DNA of 45,094 bases, from NCBI GenBank assembly GCA_020012075.1, contig DWUP01000026.1, positions 1 through 45,094 on the forward strand, read 5' to 3'. Source of the DNA: Candidatus Avibacteroides avistercoris (GTDB lineage Bacteria > Bacteroidota > Bacteroidia > Bacteroidales > Bacteroidaceae). Below are positions 8,116 to 17,026 of this stretch, piece after piece. Position numbers and translations under genes: made by a program. A model generated the notes under the pieces. The model did not search any database. It worked only from the letters and a program-made list of their open reading frames with translations, and had not been told where the DNA came from. Within the stretch, counting starts at the first letter, position 1. Every line of letters starts with the position of its first letter.

Positions 8116-10112
8116 CGCTCTTTGATAAGTCCTTTCCTGTATGCTTCCAGCAGTTTGGCAAGGTCTGTTATCTGTTCCCTCAGGACTAATCCTATGTCAG
8201 TGTCTTTGACCATCATCCTCTGTGAGTTGAATTCGACGATGAAGGTCGTGGATTTGATGTCCTTGCCCTCAGATATCGCTTTCCATGTAGATTCAAACGG
8301 CTCGTGCTGCACGAGCTGGAGTCCATGTGAATGATAGACAAGCGTGTAGCCGGCAATCCCGGTCTCGGGCTGATAGGCTTTTGAGAAGCCGCCGTCTATC
8401 ACCAGCAGTTTGCCGTTGGCCTTGACCGGGCTCTCCCCCTTTATTGTCTTGACAGGCACATGGCCATTGATAATGTGGCGGTGCGTGCCCGTCACACCGA
8501 ATTCGTCCAAAATCATGTCGCAGACTGACTCTTCGTTGCGCAAAGTGTAATAGTTGCCCTTGGTTTCAACCGCCACTTCACGGTCTTCGATAAAATATCG
8601 CTCGAAAGTGGCCATTTTGTCCTTGTCAAACGGCGGGGCATCCTTGCCGCACCAAAGATACCATATATAGTCCAAGGCGAAGTCATAGTCATCCAATGTG
8701 CTGTTGCCATAATAGGCAAGCCTGACCAACGTGTCCACCTTGTCAAGCAGTGCGCGCCCCTTGTATCTGTCTCCGAGTATTTCCACCTCTTTGAAAGTCC
8801 CGTCGGCATTGAGTGGTATCGAAGCATGGAAGAGCAGATTGGAATTGCACACCTGATACATGCTGCCACGTTTAAAGAGGCATTTCATGTGCTTCCTCAG
8901 TTTTTCACTGTGTCTGAACGAATGTGCCAACTGCTCCACAAGCTCTTTTTCGTCAGTTGTCAAGGCAAATGGCTCGGCAGGGTCTACCGTAGGGAAATTA
9001 AGGTCTGCCATTTTATAGGCTTTGCCTCCTATCATGCACGTCCCGTCTGAATAGTCTATTTTGTCCAATATCAGTCTGTCGTCCATGCCAAACTCCGGAT
9101 GCCGCATTATGATTTCGGCTTCGAGCTTGAGTTGTATGACCGTGATGGCCTTGTGCATCTGCGCTATGAGCCGCAACGTCTTCTCGGACATATTGATTTC
9201 ACTCAACTCGACCTTCGGCACAAACCGCGAACAGTCATCATTGGCATAGTGCTCCATCGAATAGGTCGCAAGAGGCAGTAGATTGATGCCATATCCATCT
9301 TCGAGAGTAGACTGTGTGCCATAGCGCATGGCTATCCTGATGACGTTGGCAATGCAGGCTTTGTTGCCGGCCGCCGCACCTATCCACAGGATGTCATGAT
9401 TGCCCCATTGGATATCGACGTTGTGATAGTCGCAAAGTATGTCCATGATGTGATGTGCCCCCATACCACGGTCGAAGATGTCACCCACGATATGCAGCTG
9501 GTCTATGGTGAGCCGCTGGATGAGATTGCACATGGCGATGATGAAGTCATCGGCTCGCTGTGTCGAGATTATGGTGGAAATGATGACATTGATGTACGCC
9601 TGCTTGTTTGGCTCCACCGTAGACTCATGCATCAACTCTTGTATCGTATAAGAAAATTCCTTGGGGATTGCCTTGTGAACCTTTGAGCGGGTGTATTTCG
9701 ACGAGACATTCTGGCAGACTTTTATGAGCTGGTTGAGCGTGATGTTATACCAGTCCTCTATATCCGTCTCATGTGCCTTGACAAGTTCAAGTTTCTCCTC
9801 AGGATAATAGATGAGCGTGCACAAATCTTTCTTCTCAGACTCGCGCAGGGTATGCCCGAAGATTTCGTTCACTTTGCGCTTGATAGTCCCGGAGGCATTC
9901 TTCAGCACATGGCGGAACGCTTCATATTCTCCATGCACGTCTGTAAGGAAGTGCTCCGTGCCCTTAGGCAAATTGAGGATTGCCTCAAGATTGATTATTT
10001 CGGTACTTGCCGCTGCAATGTTGGGGAACGACCTTGACAGCAGCTGCAAATAGCGGAGGTCACTTTTGACCTGTTCATCGGTGTTTTCGATTATGAGCTT
10101 CGCCATAGGCAA
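8112..10112 (-). CDS. fbp: fructose-1,6-bisphosphatase class 3
   Basis: 666 aa. N-terminal LRYLQLLSRSFPNI...TEIINLEAILNLPKGTEHF..DVHGEYEAF and metallophosphatase motifs GDIFDRG and GNHD. Confidence 0.9.
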   Translation of the reverse strand: MPMAKLIIENTDEQVKSDLRYLQLLSRSFPNIAAASTEIINLEAILNLPKGTEHFLTDVHGEYEAFRHVLKNASGTIKRKVNEIFGHTLRESEKKDLCTLIYYPEEKLELVKAHETDIEDWYNITLNQLIKVCQNVSSKYTRSKVHKAIPKEFSYTIQELMHESTVEPNKQAYINVIISTIISTQRADDFIIAMCNLIQRLTIDQLHIVGDIFDRGMGAHHIMDILCDYHNVDIQWGNHDILWIGAAAGNKACIANVIRIAMRYGTQSTLEDGYGINLLPLATYSMEHYANDDCSRFVPKVELSEINMSEKTLRLIAQMHKAITVIQLKLEAEIIMRHPEFGMDDRLILDKIDYSDGTCMIGGKAYKMADLNFPTVDPAEPFALTTDEKELVEQLAHSFRHSEKLRKHMKCLFKRGSMYQVCNSNLLFHASIPLNADGTFKEVEILGDRYKGRALLDKVDTLVRLAYYGNSTLDDYDFALDYIWYLWCGKDAPPFDKDKMATFERYFIEDREVAVETKGNYYTLRNEESVCDMILDEFGVTGTHRHIINGHVPVKTIKGESPVKANGKLLVIDGGFSKAYQPETGIAGYTLVYHSHGLQLVQHEPFESTWKAISEGKDIKSTTFIVEFNSQRMMVKDTDIGLVLREQITDLAKLLEAYRKGLIKER

Positions 10113-10117
10113 AATAG

Positions 10118-11788
10118 TTATAACAACATGATCAATAACAGTTGCGAGATTATGACTCTGGCAAACATTGCCAACGGATAAACCGTAGCATAAGCTACCG
10201 ACGCCTTATCACCTTTTGAGGTCGAATTCACATAGTCCAAGGCCATAGGATTGGCCATGCAGCCGCACACCATTCCATATATCGTGCCAAGACCTGTCCG
10301 GCTATACCGTGTAAGCAATAGGATTGCCATCAGCACCGGGACAAAGGTAATCAACAAGCCGCACCCGAGCAAAATAAGGCCGTTGGCACACACCACCGTC
10401 TCGAAGAAATGGCGTCCTGCATCCAGACCGAGGCAAGCCAGATATACGGCAAGGCCAAATGCGCGGAGCATCAGATTGACACTGCGCGTCGTGTAAGTGA
10501 CCATGTGAATCCTTGGTCCGAAAGCCCCGATCAATATGCCTGCCACTATGGGGCCTCCGGCAAGGCCGAGACGGATGGGATTGCCCATACCCGGGAATGA
10601 TATCGGGATAATGCCAAACAAAAGCCCGATGATAATGCCTATGAATATCGTTATCAGATTAGGTTCCTTGAGACTCTTTATGGCGTTGCCTATGACAGAC
10701 TCTACATTCCTGACCGATGCCCTCTCGCCCACCACGGTCAGCTTGTCACCCATCTGGAGACGAAGGTCAGAGGTAGCAAGCAATTGCACTCCCGCACGAT
10801 AAATGCGGGTGATATTGACACCATAATGGTTGCGCAGTCTGAGGTCGCCCAGTTTCTTGCCATTAATCTCAGGTCTGGTGACGACGAGACGCTGTGAGAT
10901 GAGGTGACTGTCAATCTTGTTCCAATCGATGTTCTTCCTATTCCAATCCTTATCCTCTTGCTCACCGAAAAGCTTGACGAGCGGCTGTCTGTCGCTCTCG
11001 GTCGTTATTACCAATACGTGATCACCCAGCTTGAGGCGCGTGTCATATATGGGGATTATCACATCGCCATCCCTCCACAGGCGTGAGATTACAAAGTGGC
11101 TGTTTACCACACTCGGGATGTCGACTATCCTCATGCCGTCCACGCCGGGATTGACGATTTTCAATTCTGCTATATATGTCCTGTTTTTTGCTGTTTGCGC
11201 GTCATTATCTTCTCCCGCACGCCGTTTGCTGACCGGCAGCCGTCTGGCGATGACGATGGCAAGTATCACCCCGACGACACCGAGGGGATAGGTCACGGCA
11301 CAACTCAGCGCCGCGCCGGACGTGCCACGCCCCATCTGCTCGAGTGTCTGCTGCGCCGCCGCCAATGCAGGAGTATTGGTAGTCGCCCCGCACAACGCGC
11401 CCACCATGTCAGGCAACTTGATGCCAGACAATGGGATAAGCGCCAATGCCAATGCCGTCCCTGCCACTATCAGCAAGAGAGACTGCACATTAAGCCGCAC
11501 GCCTCCTTCCCTCAGCGACGAAAAGAAGCCTGGTCCCACCTGCAAGCCAAGGGCATACACGAAAATCACAAGCCCGAAACTTTCCGCGTAGGAGAGCATC
11601 GCAGCATCGGCTTCCAAGCCCAGATGGCCTGCCAAGATACCCACAAAGAAGACGAAAGTCACTCCCAGCGAGACTCCCGCCACCTTAATCTTGCCGAGGG
11701 CGATGCCTATGGCCGATATGCACGAGATGACGACGATGGCCTGTATCTCGGGATAAGCCGAAAGAAAGTCATTAATCTGCCCAATCAT
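10118..11788 (-). CDS. YidE/YbjL-type putative transporter (duplicated AspT/AAE permease halves flanking two RCK_C/TrkA-C domains)
   Basis: 556 aa. Hydrophobic N- and C-terminal halves with central soluble repeats (GMRIVDIP...RLKLGDHVLVIT and GKKLGDLRLR...RLQMGDKLTVVG). Confidence 0.8.
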   Translation of the reverse strand: MIGQINDFLSAYPEIQAIVVISCISAIGIALGKIKVAGVSLGVTFVFFVGILAGHLGLEADAAMLSYAESFGLVIFVYALGLQVGPGFFSSLREGGVRLNVQSLLLIVAGTALALALIPLSGIKLPDMVGALCGATTNTPALAAAQQTLEQMGRGTSGAALSCAVTYPLGVVGVILAIVIARRLPVSKRRAGEDNDAQTAKNRTYIAELKIVNPGVDGMRIVDIPSVVNSHFVISRLWRDGDVIIPIYDTRLKLGDHVLVITTESDRQPLVKLFGEQEDKDWNRKNIDWNKIDSHLISQRLVVTRPEINGKKLGDLRLRNHYGVNITRIYRAGVQLLATSDLRLQMGDKLTVVGERASVRNVESVIGNAIKSLKEPNLITIFIGIIIGLLFGIIPISFPGMGNPIRLGLAGGPIVAGILIGAFGPRIHMVTYTTRSVNLMLRAFGLAVYLACLGLDAGRHFFETVVCANGLILLGCGLLITFVPVLMAILLLTRYSRTGLGTIYGMVCGCMANPMALDYVNSTSKGDKASVAYATVYPLAMFARVIISQLLLIMLL

Positions 11789-11816
11789 AGGTAGTGAAAT
11801 CTATGTCCCGGGGGCT

Positions 11817-12497
11817 TCATGCTCGTTGCCCGAATATCATGCTGCCTATGCGCACCATCGTCGCTCCCTCGGCCACAGCCACCATATAATCCTCGGACAT
11901 ACCCATCGACAGGACACCGAACGCCTCGGGCATACAGGGACGCATTTCGTCGAAGAAGCATTTCAACCCGGCGAACTCACGCCGCACGACAGCGGTGTCG
12001 TCGGTATTGGTAGCCATGCCCATCAGGCCGACCACACGCACATGCTCCAGATGCAAGCCAGGCAGCGAACGCAGCGCCTCGCGACATTCGTCGTATGTAA
12101 AGCCAAACTTGGTCTCCTCTTGCGAAATATGCACCTGCAGCAGGCAATCGACCGTGCGGCCATGATGCGCAGCCTGACTGTCCACCTCTCCCAACAGATG
12201 CAGCGAATCTATGCTATGTATCAGACTGACGAACGGTATTATATACTTGATTTTATTCGTTTGCAAGTGCCCTATGAAATGCCACTCGATGTCATCGGGG
12301 AGTCTCGAATGCTTGTCGCGCATCTCCTGTGCGCGGCTTTCGCCGAACACCCTCTGTCCGCAGCCGTAGGCGGCGAGTATGTCCTCATCGGGTTTAAACT
12401 TGGAGACGGCGACGAGCGTCACACCCTCGGGCAGCGTCTGCCGCACCTTGTCGAGATTGCCAGCAATGCTCATGGTCACATCCTCCGTGTCTGTCAT
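11817..12497 (-). CDS. yggS: YggS-family pyridoxal-phosphate homeostasis protein
   Basis: LVAVSKFKP PLP-lysine motif, HFIGHLQTNK, SMGMSEDY. The ATG at 12497 overlaps the upstream stop (ATGA). An alternative ATG is at 12473. Confidence 0.85.
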   Translation of the reverse strand: MTDTEDVTMSIAGNLDKVRQTLPEGVTLVAVSKFKPDEDILAAYGCGQRVFGESRAQEMRDKHSRLPDDIEWHFIGHLQTNKIKYIIPFVSLIHSIDSLHLLGEVDSQAAHHGRTVDCLLQVHISQEETKFGFTYDECREALRSLPGLHLEHVRVVGLMGMATNTDDTAVVRREFAGLKCFFDEMRPCMPEAFGVLSMGMSEDYMVAVAEGATMVRIGSMIFGQRA

Positions 12498-12955
12498 TGT
12501 CCTTCATACTCCGGACGGGCGTCGTCCTTGCTCTCGTATGGATAGACATCCATGATGGCGGTTTCGTTGATGGCGGCCACCACATAGTCGGCCATTGTGC
12601 CCTTCATCCCCTCGTCTATCTTGTCGAGGGCGTCGCGCAAGTCACATGCCTGCACAAGCATATTGGTCGATGTGCGTTTCTCCGCCCCACTCTTCTCGTC
12701 GAGAGTGATGAATTGCACCTTGGCCTTAAACCACCTGTCACCACTCTCGTTGAAAAACACTTCACTATAATTAGCTTTCTTAATGTCAGAGATGGTGTAT
12801 TCGCCCGAGACATAATGGCTGATGATTTCGATAATCCTACCCTCGGCTTCGGTGAAGCTCATGGCATCGACGACATAAGGCTCGGTCACCTTCTTGTTAA
12901 GACCATTCTCCATCGTCTTCTCGTAGCGCACTTTGCACTCAAACCATATATACAT
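12494..12955 (-). CDS. DUF4494 domain protein
   Basis: 153 aa. MYIWFECKVRYEKTMENGLNKKVTEPYVVDAMSFTEAE matches my recollection of the Bacteroidetes DUF4494 family. Confidence 0.65.
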   Translation of the reverse strand: MYIWFECKVRYEKTMENGLNKKVTEPYVVDAMSFTEAEGRIIEIISHYVSGEYTISDIKKANYSEVFFNESGDRWFKAKVQFITLDEKSGAEKRTSTNMLVQACDLRDALDKIDEGMKGTMADYVVAAINETAIMDVYPYESKDDARPEYEGQ

Positions 12956-12981
12956 ATCCTACACTATTAAATTTTGTCCCG

Positions 12982-12989
12982 CAAAAGTA
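12982..12989 (-). promoter_or_regulatory. putative -7 box TACTTTTG for the DUF4494-yggS-...-tamB gene string
   Basis: Minus-strand TAnnTTTG match, 27 nt upstream of the ATG at 12955. Confidence 0.4.
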
Positions 12990-13101
12990 AGCATTATATG
13001 CCAAACGTGGCACGTCTGATGCCGCGGCTTCGAGGCAAAATCTGCCAAACCTGAGAAATAAAACGGCCGTGCCCCGTACACAAAACAGGCTATCTCCGCA
13101 T

Positions 13102-13198
13102 GCAATCTCTATTTACCGACGGTGAATATATGTTCAACGTCGATAAATATATATTCAACGTCGTCAAACATATATTCAACGACGTCAAATAGAAATTA
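13102..13198 (+). repeat. 21-bp-phased palindromic-core element, copy A
   Basis: Four CGWCG cores centred at 13119, 13140, 13161 and 13182. Units are TATGTTCAACGTCGATAAATA / TATATTCAACGTCGTCAAACA / TATATTCAACGACGTCAAATA, preceded by CTCTATTTACCGACGGTGAATA. Termini are inverted. Confidence 0.9.
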
Positions 13199-13291
13199 TC
13201 CGCCGTGCCGGCGACAATCACACCGCACGCCTGACAGAGCCACGCACGGGACAGCGGCATGTCGCATGCAAGGCATCTGACGAAATATCGC

Positions 13292-13299
13292 TATCTTTG
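13292..13299 (+). promoter_or_regulatory. putative -7 box TATCTTTG for the FtsX/LolE-like permease gene
   Basis: Plus-strand TAnnTTTG match, 22 nt upstream of the ATG at 13322. This supports that start rather than 13259. Confidence 0.4.
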
Positions 13300-13321
13300 T
13301 CGCGGCCAGACTGCAACCACA

Positions 13322-14566
13322 ATGAAACCGACCACACTGTTAGCTAAAAGGATATACAGCGCCATAGACGGCAACCCACGCGGCATTTCATCATTGGCAA
13401 TCAAGATTTCGGTGTGCGGCATAGCCCTTGGCATAGCTGTCATCATACTCTCGGTGGCCATCATCACGGGCTTCAAACAAGAGGTCAAGGACAAAATCTA
13501 TGGATTCACGGCGGACGCACGGGTATGCAACCTCGATTATGCCACATCCTATGCAGCATCGCCGGTGTCATTCACCGACACGCTGGCCACCGCACTGACC
13601 GCCGTGCCGGGGGTGAAGCACATCCAGCCATATTCCATAACACCGGGTATGGTCAAGACAGATGACGATTTCCAAGGTGTCATCCTCAAGGGCGTGGACA
13701 GCCTCTATGACACGGCCTACCTCACGGCATCACTGCTTGAAGGGCATTTGCCGGATGCCATCGACGGTCACGCCGGAAATGGCGAAATCATGGTGTCACG
13801 CATATTCGCCGACAGGCTCGGGCTCAAGACCGGTGATGACATCTATGCGTACTTCTTTAACAAAAGCCTGAAAGCGAGGAAGCTCACTGTGTGCGGCATC
13901 TACCAGACCAATATCAACGAACACGACAACCTGTTCGCACTCACCGACAAGGCCACCGTAGACCGTCTCAACGGATGGCAAGACACACAAGCCACCGGGG
14001 TCGAAATCATGATGCATGACGGCGCCGACCGCGATGCTGCAATCGACAGCATCTATTCGCTACTCTACGGGCAATGGGAGAATGAAGGACTCACAGTCGA
14101 AGTGCCGGAAGAAATCTATCCCGACATATTCTCGTGGCTCGGCGTGCTCGACACCAATGTCACTGTCATATTAGTATTGATGATAGGCCTCTCGGCATTT
14201 TCGGTCGTGTCAGGCCTGCTGATCATCCTCCTCGAACGCATAGGCACAATAGGCATTCTCAAAGCTCTGGGCGCTGACGACAGATTCGTCAAGCGGGTGT
14301 TTTCAGGCATTGCAGCAATGATTGTCGCCAGAGGACTGCTCTGGGGCAACGCAATCGGGCTCGGGATCTACATCCTGCAACGTGTGTCACATGTCTTCAG
14401 CCTTGACCCGGCGGTCTATTATGTCGATCACGTGCCGGTAGACATCACGGTGCCGCACGTCATTGGCATCAACCTCCTTGTGGCTGCTGTCGCCCTTGCA
14501 GTCTTCCTGCTGCCATCGATGATGATATCGAGGGTCAATCCCACGAAAACGATGAAGTTTGATTGA
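13322..14566 (+). CDS. ABC transporter permease, FtsX/LolE-like (MacB-type periplasmic domain)
   Basis: ORF 13259..14566 trimmed to MKPTTLLAKRIY. TM1, then a large periplasmic domain, then three C-terminal TMs, with the FtsX-type segment GTIGILKALGA. Confidence 0.8.
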   Translation: MKPTTLLAKRIYSAIDGNPRGISSLAIKISVCGIALGIAVIILSVAIITGFKQEVKDKIYGFTADARVCNLDYATSYAASPVSFTDTLATALTAVPGVKHIQPYSITPGMVKTDDDFQGVILKGVDSLYDTAYLTASLLEGHLPDAIDGHAGNGEIMVSRIFADRLGLKTGDDIYAYFFNKSLKARKLTVCGIYQTNINEHDNLFALTDKATVDRLNGWQDTQATGVEIMMHDGADRDAAIDSIYSLLYGQWENEGLTVEVPEEIYPDIFSWLGVLDTNVTVILVLMIGLSAFSVVSGLLIILLERIGTIGILKALGADDRFVKRVFSGIAAMIVARGLLWGNAIGLGIYILQRVSHVFSLDPAVYYVDHVPVDITVPHVIGINLLVAAVALAVFLLPSMMISRVNPTKTMKFD

Positions 14567-14719
14567 ACCGCCATGACACTATAAAACATTTAAGATTATC
14601 GCACAATCAGACAATAAACTTTAAGTAGCCAGACCGTATAAATAAGGAAAAACGTTAAAAGTCGTTTAATTTAAGTTAAGCCTTAAAGCAGAGGTAAAGC
14701 AACTTAATATATTTGCTAT

Positions 14720-16255
14720 ATGAAAAAGTTAAAAATTTGGGCTTTAAGCATAATCATGATATTTTCTTTCTCTGGCTTGCTGCTGCTGCAAGTAAGCTAT
14801 ATAGAGAAGATGGTCAAGATGCGCAACGAGCAATTCGACGAATCGGTCAAGCGCAGCTTAAACCAAGTTTCGCACAATTTGGAGTATGATGAGACCCTGA
14901 AATATCTGGAAAACGAACTGTATAAATCTATTGATGACGACAAAATGCCACATTCAGGCAGTTTGCTTCAACATAGATATAAATCTTATGCCAAGGGCAA
15001 TGACATATATTCATCATTCGAGTTGCGCACAATAACAATGCAACCAGCGCAAACCCCCAAGATAATCATCACACGAGATAACTTCAACAAGAACAAGACT
15101 ATAAAACAAACGACCGAAACGCTGCAAGAGACATTGAAAAACAAATTTGTCTTCCAGCGTTCACTATTAGATGAAGTGGCTCTCAATATACTTTACCAAG
15201 CAAGTGAAGTGCCTATCACAAAGCGAATCAATATAAAACAACTGGACTACTACATAAAAAAAGAACTGAACAACAACGGCATAAACCTCAACTATCACTA
15301 CACGATACATGACAACAGCGGGCATGAAATCTACCGATGCTCGGATTTCGACGCCAAAGGAATAGACAAAGCCTACCAGCAGACTTTGTACCAGAATGAC
15401 ATACAAAACAACAGCGGGACGATTGTACTGCACTTCCCGGATCGTGGAGCTTATATGTACAACTCCATCAAATTCATGATACCGTCAATCATATTCATTG
15501 TTATATTGCTGATTACTTTTATCGTAACGATTTATAGTATAACAATGCAGAAGAAACTGTCGGAAATGAAGACCGACTTCATAAACAACATGACCCATGA
15601 ATTCAAGACGCCGGTCTCGACCATCTCTCTCGCAGCTCAAATGCTCAACGATGATTCGCTGGTCAAATCGCCTGCAATGTTCAACCACATATCGACTGTC
15701 ATCAACGACGAAACCAAGAGATTGAGATTCCTCGTCGAGAAAGTGCTGCAAATGTCCATGTTTGACAAGCAAAAGACCATGCTCAAGATGAAAGACATCG
15801 ATATCAACGAGCTAATACAAAACGTGGTCAATACATTCAAACTGAAAGTATCAAAATATGGAGGCACCATAACCAGCGACCTCAATGCGACCCAACCAAC
15901 AGTCGAGGCAGATGAAATGCACATCACAAATGTCATCTTCAATCTGATGGACAACGCTGTCAAATACAGGAAAGAGAATGAAGCCCTGAAACTCACAGTC
16001 AGGACATGGAATGAGAACAGCAAACTCTACATATCCATCGAGGATAACGGCATAGGTATTAAGAAGGAAAACCTAAAAAAAATATTTGAACGCTTCTATC
16101 GCGTGCCTACCGGCAACCTTTACAAGGTAAAAGGTTTCGGGTTAGGTCTGGCTTACGTGAAGAAGATAATCTCTGACCATAAGGGAACAATCAAAGCCGA
16201 AAGCGAAACAAACGTTGGCACGAAATTCATAATAGCATTACCACTAAAAAAATGA
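14720..16255 (+). CDS. two-component sensor histidine kinase (RprX-like)
   Basis: N-terminal TM, second TM around residue 255, H-box MTHEFKTPVSTI, N-box NLMDNAVKY, G-boxes DNGIGI and GFGLGLAYV. A TATATTTG box at 14708-14715 lies only 4 nt before the ATG, so a leaderless mRNA is possible (low confidence). Confidence 0.85.
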   Translation: MKKLKIWALSIIMIFSFSGLLLLQVSYIEKMVKMRNEQFDESVKRSLNQVSHNLEYDETLKYLENELYKSIDDDKMPHSGSLLQHRYKSYAKGNDIYSSFELRTITMQPAQTPKIIITRDNFNKNKTIKQTTETLQETLKNKFVFQRSLLDEVALNILYQASEVPITKRINIKQLDYYIKKELNNNGINLNYHYTIHDNSGHEIYRCSDFDAKGIDKAYQQTLYQNDIQNNSGTIVLHFPDRGAYMYNSIKFMIPSIIFIVILLITFIVTIYSITMQKKLSEMKTDFINNMTHEFKTPVSTISLAAQMLNDDSLVKSPAMFNHISTVINDETKRLRFLVEKVLQMSMFDKQKTMLKMKDIDINELIQNVVNTFKLKVSKYGGTITSDLNATQPTVEADEMHITNVIFNLMDNAVKYRKENEALKLTVRTWNENSKLYISIEDNGIGIKKENLKKIFERFYRVPTGNLYKVKGFGLGLAYVKKIISDHKGTIKAESETNVGTKFIIALPLKK

Positions 16256-16259
16256 GAAT

Positions 16260-16958
16260 ATGGAAGAAAAACTGAAAATCCTACTATGCGAAGATGATGA
16301 GAATCTTGGCATGCTCCTGCGGGAATACCTACAGGCCAAAGGCTACGATGCCGACCTCTGCCCTGACGGTGAAGAGGGCTACAAGGCTTTTCTCAAGAAT
16401 AAGTATGATCTTTGCGTGCTCGATGTGATGATGCCTAAAAAAGACGGCTTCACCTTGGCACAAGAAATCCGGTCAGTGAATTCAGATATACCAATCATAT
16501 TCTTGACAGCCAAGACACTCAAGGAAGATGTCCTCGAAGGCTTTAAAAACGGCGCGGACGACTATATCACCAAGCCATTCAGCATGGAAGAATTAATCTT
16601 CAGGATTGAGGCCATCCTGCGGCGCATCAAAGGCAATAAGACGAAAGAAAACAACTTCTACAAGATTGGGAAGTTCACATTTGACACACAGAAGCAACTG
16701 CTGACCATAGACGGTGAAAGCACAAAACTCACGACCAAGGAATCAGAACTGCTTTCATTGCTCTGCGCACATGCCAACGAGATATTGCAGCGCGACTTCG
16801 CACTGAAGACAATATGGATAGACGACAACTATTTCAATGCGAGGAGCATGGACGTATATATCACCAAGTTGCGCAAGCATCTGCGCCCCGACCCGTCGAT
16901 CGAAATCATAAACATCCACGGCAAAGGGTACAAGCTGATAATCCCCGATGCAGAATGA
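16260..16958 (+). CDS. OmpR/PhoB-family response regulator (RprY-like)
   Basis: Receiver domain with LLCEDD and DLCVLDVMMPKKDG. C-terminal winged-helix LTTKESELLSLL...YITKLRKHL...HGKGYKL. Starts 4 nt after the kinase gene. Confidence 0.9.
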   Translation: MEEKLKILLCEDDENLGMLLREYLQAKGYDADLCPDGEEGYKAFLKNKYDLCVLDVMMPKKDGFTLAQEIRSVNSDIPIIFLTAKTLKEDVLEGFKNGADDYITKPFSMEELIFRIEAILRRIKGNKTKENNFYKIGKFTFDTQKQLLTIDGESTKLTTKESELLSLLCAHANEILQRDFALKTIWIDDNYFNARSMDVYITKLRKHLRPDPSIEIINIHGKGYKLIIPDAE

Positions 16959-16961
16959 CAG

Positions 16962-17012
16962 AAATGAGCGGCGGCAAATCACATTACAAAGTGTGCCGCC
17001 GCTCATTTTATA
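16962..17012. terminator. bidirectional intrinsic terminator between convergent response regulator and aminotransferase genes
   Basis: 15-bp stem AAATGAGCGGCGGCA (16962-16976) / TGCCGCCGCTCATTT (16994-17008), with T-rich sequence after the stem on the plus strand and an A-run before it. Confidence 0.7.
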
Positions 17013-17026
17013 CTCACCGCACCGGC

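Noticed and set aside
14567-16255. The AT-rich histidine kinase gene and its upstream region might be a horizontally acquired island. Several TTTAAG motifs upstream (14589, 14620, 14670) might be response-regulator boxes.
   Set aside because: Hand counts of a few 60-nt lines give about 35-43% GC in the kinase gene and about 40% in tamB, and by eye metH and the patatin gene look similar, so GC heterogeneity is a general feature of this window. The kinase/regulator pair is a conserved Bacteroidales type. The TTTAAG spacing is irregular (31 and 50 nt).
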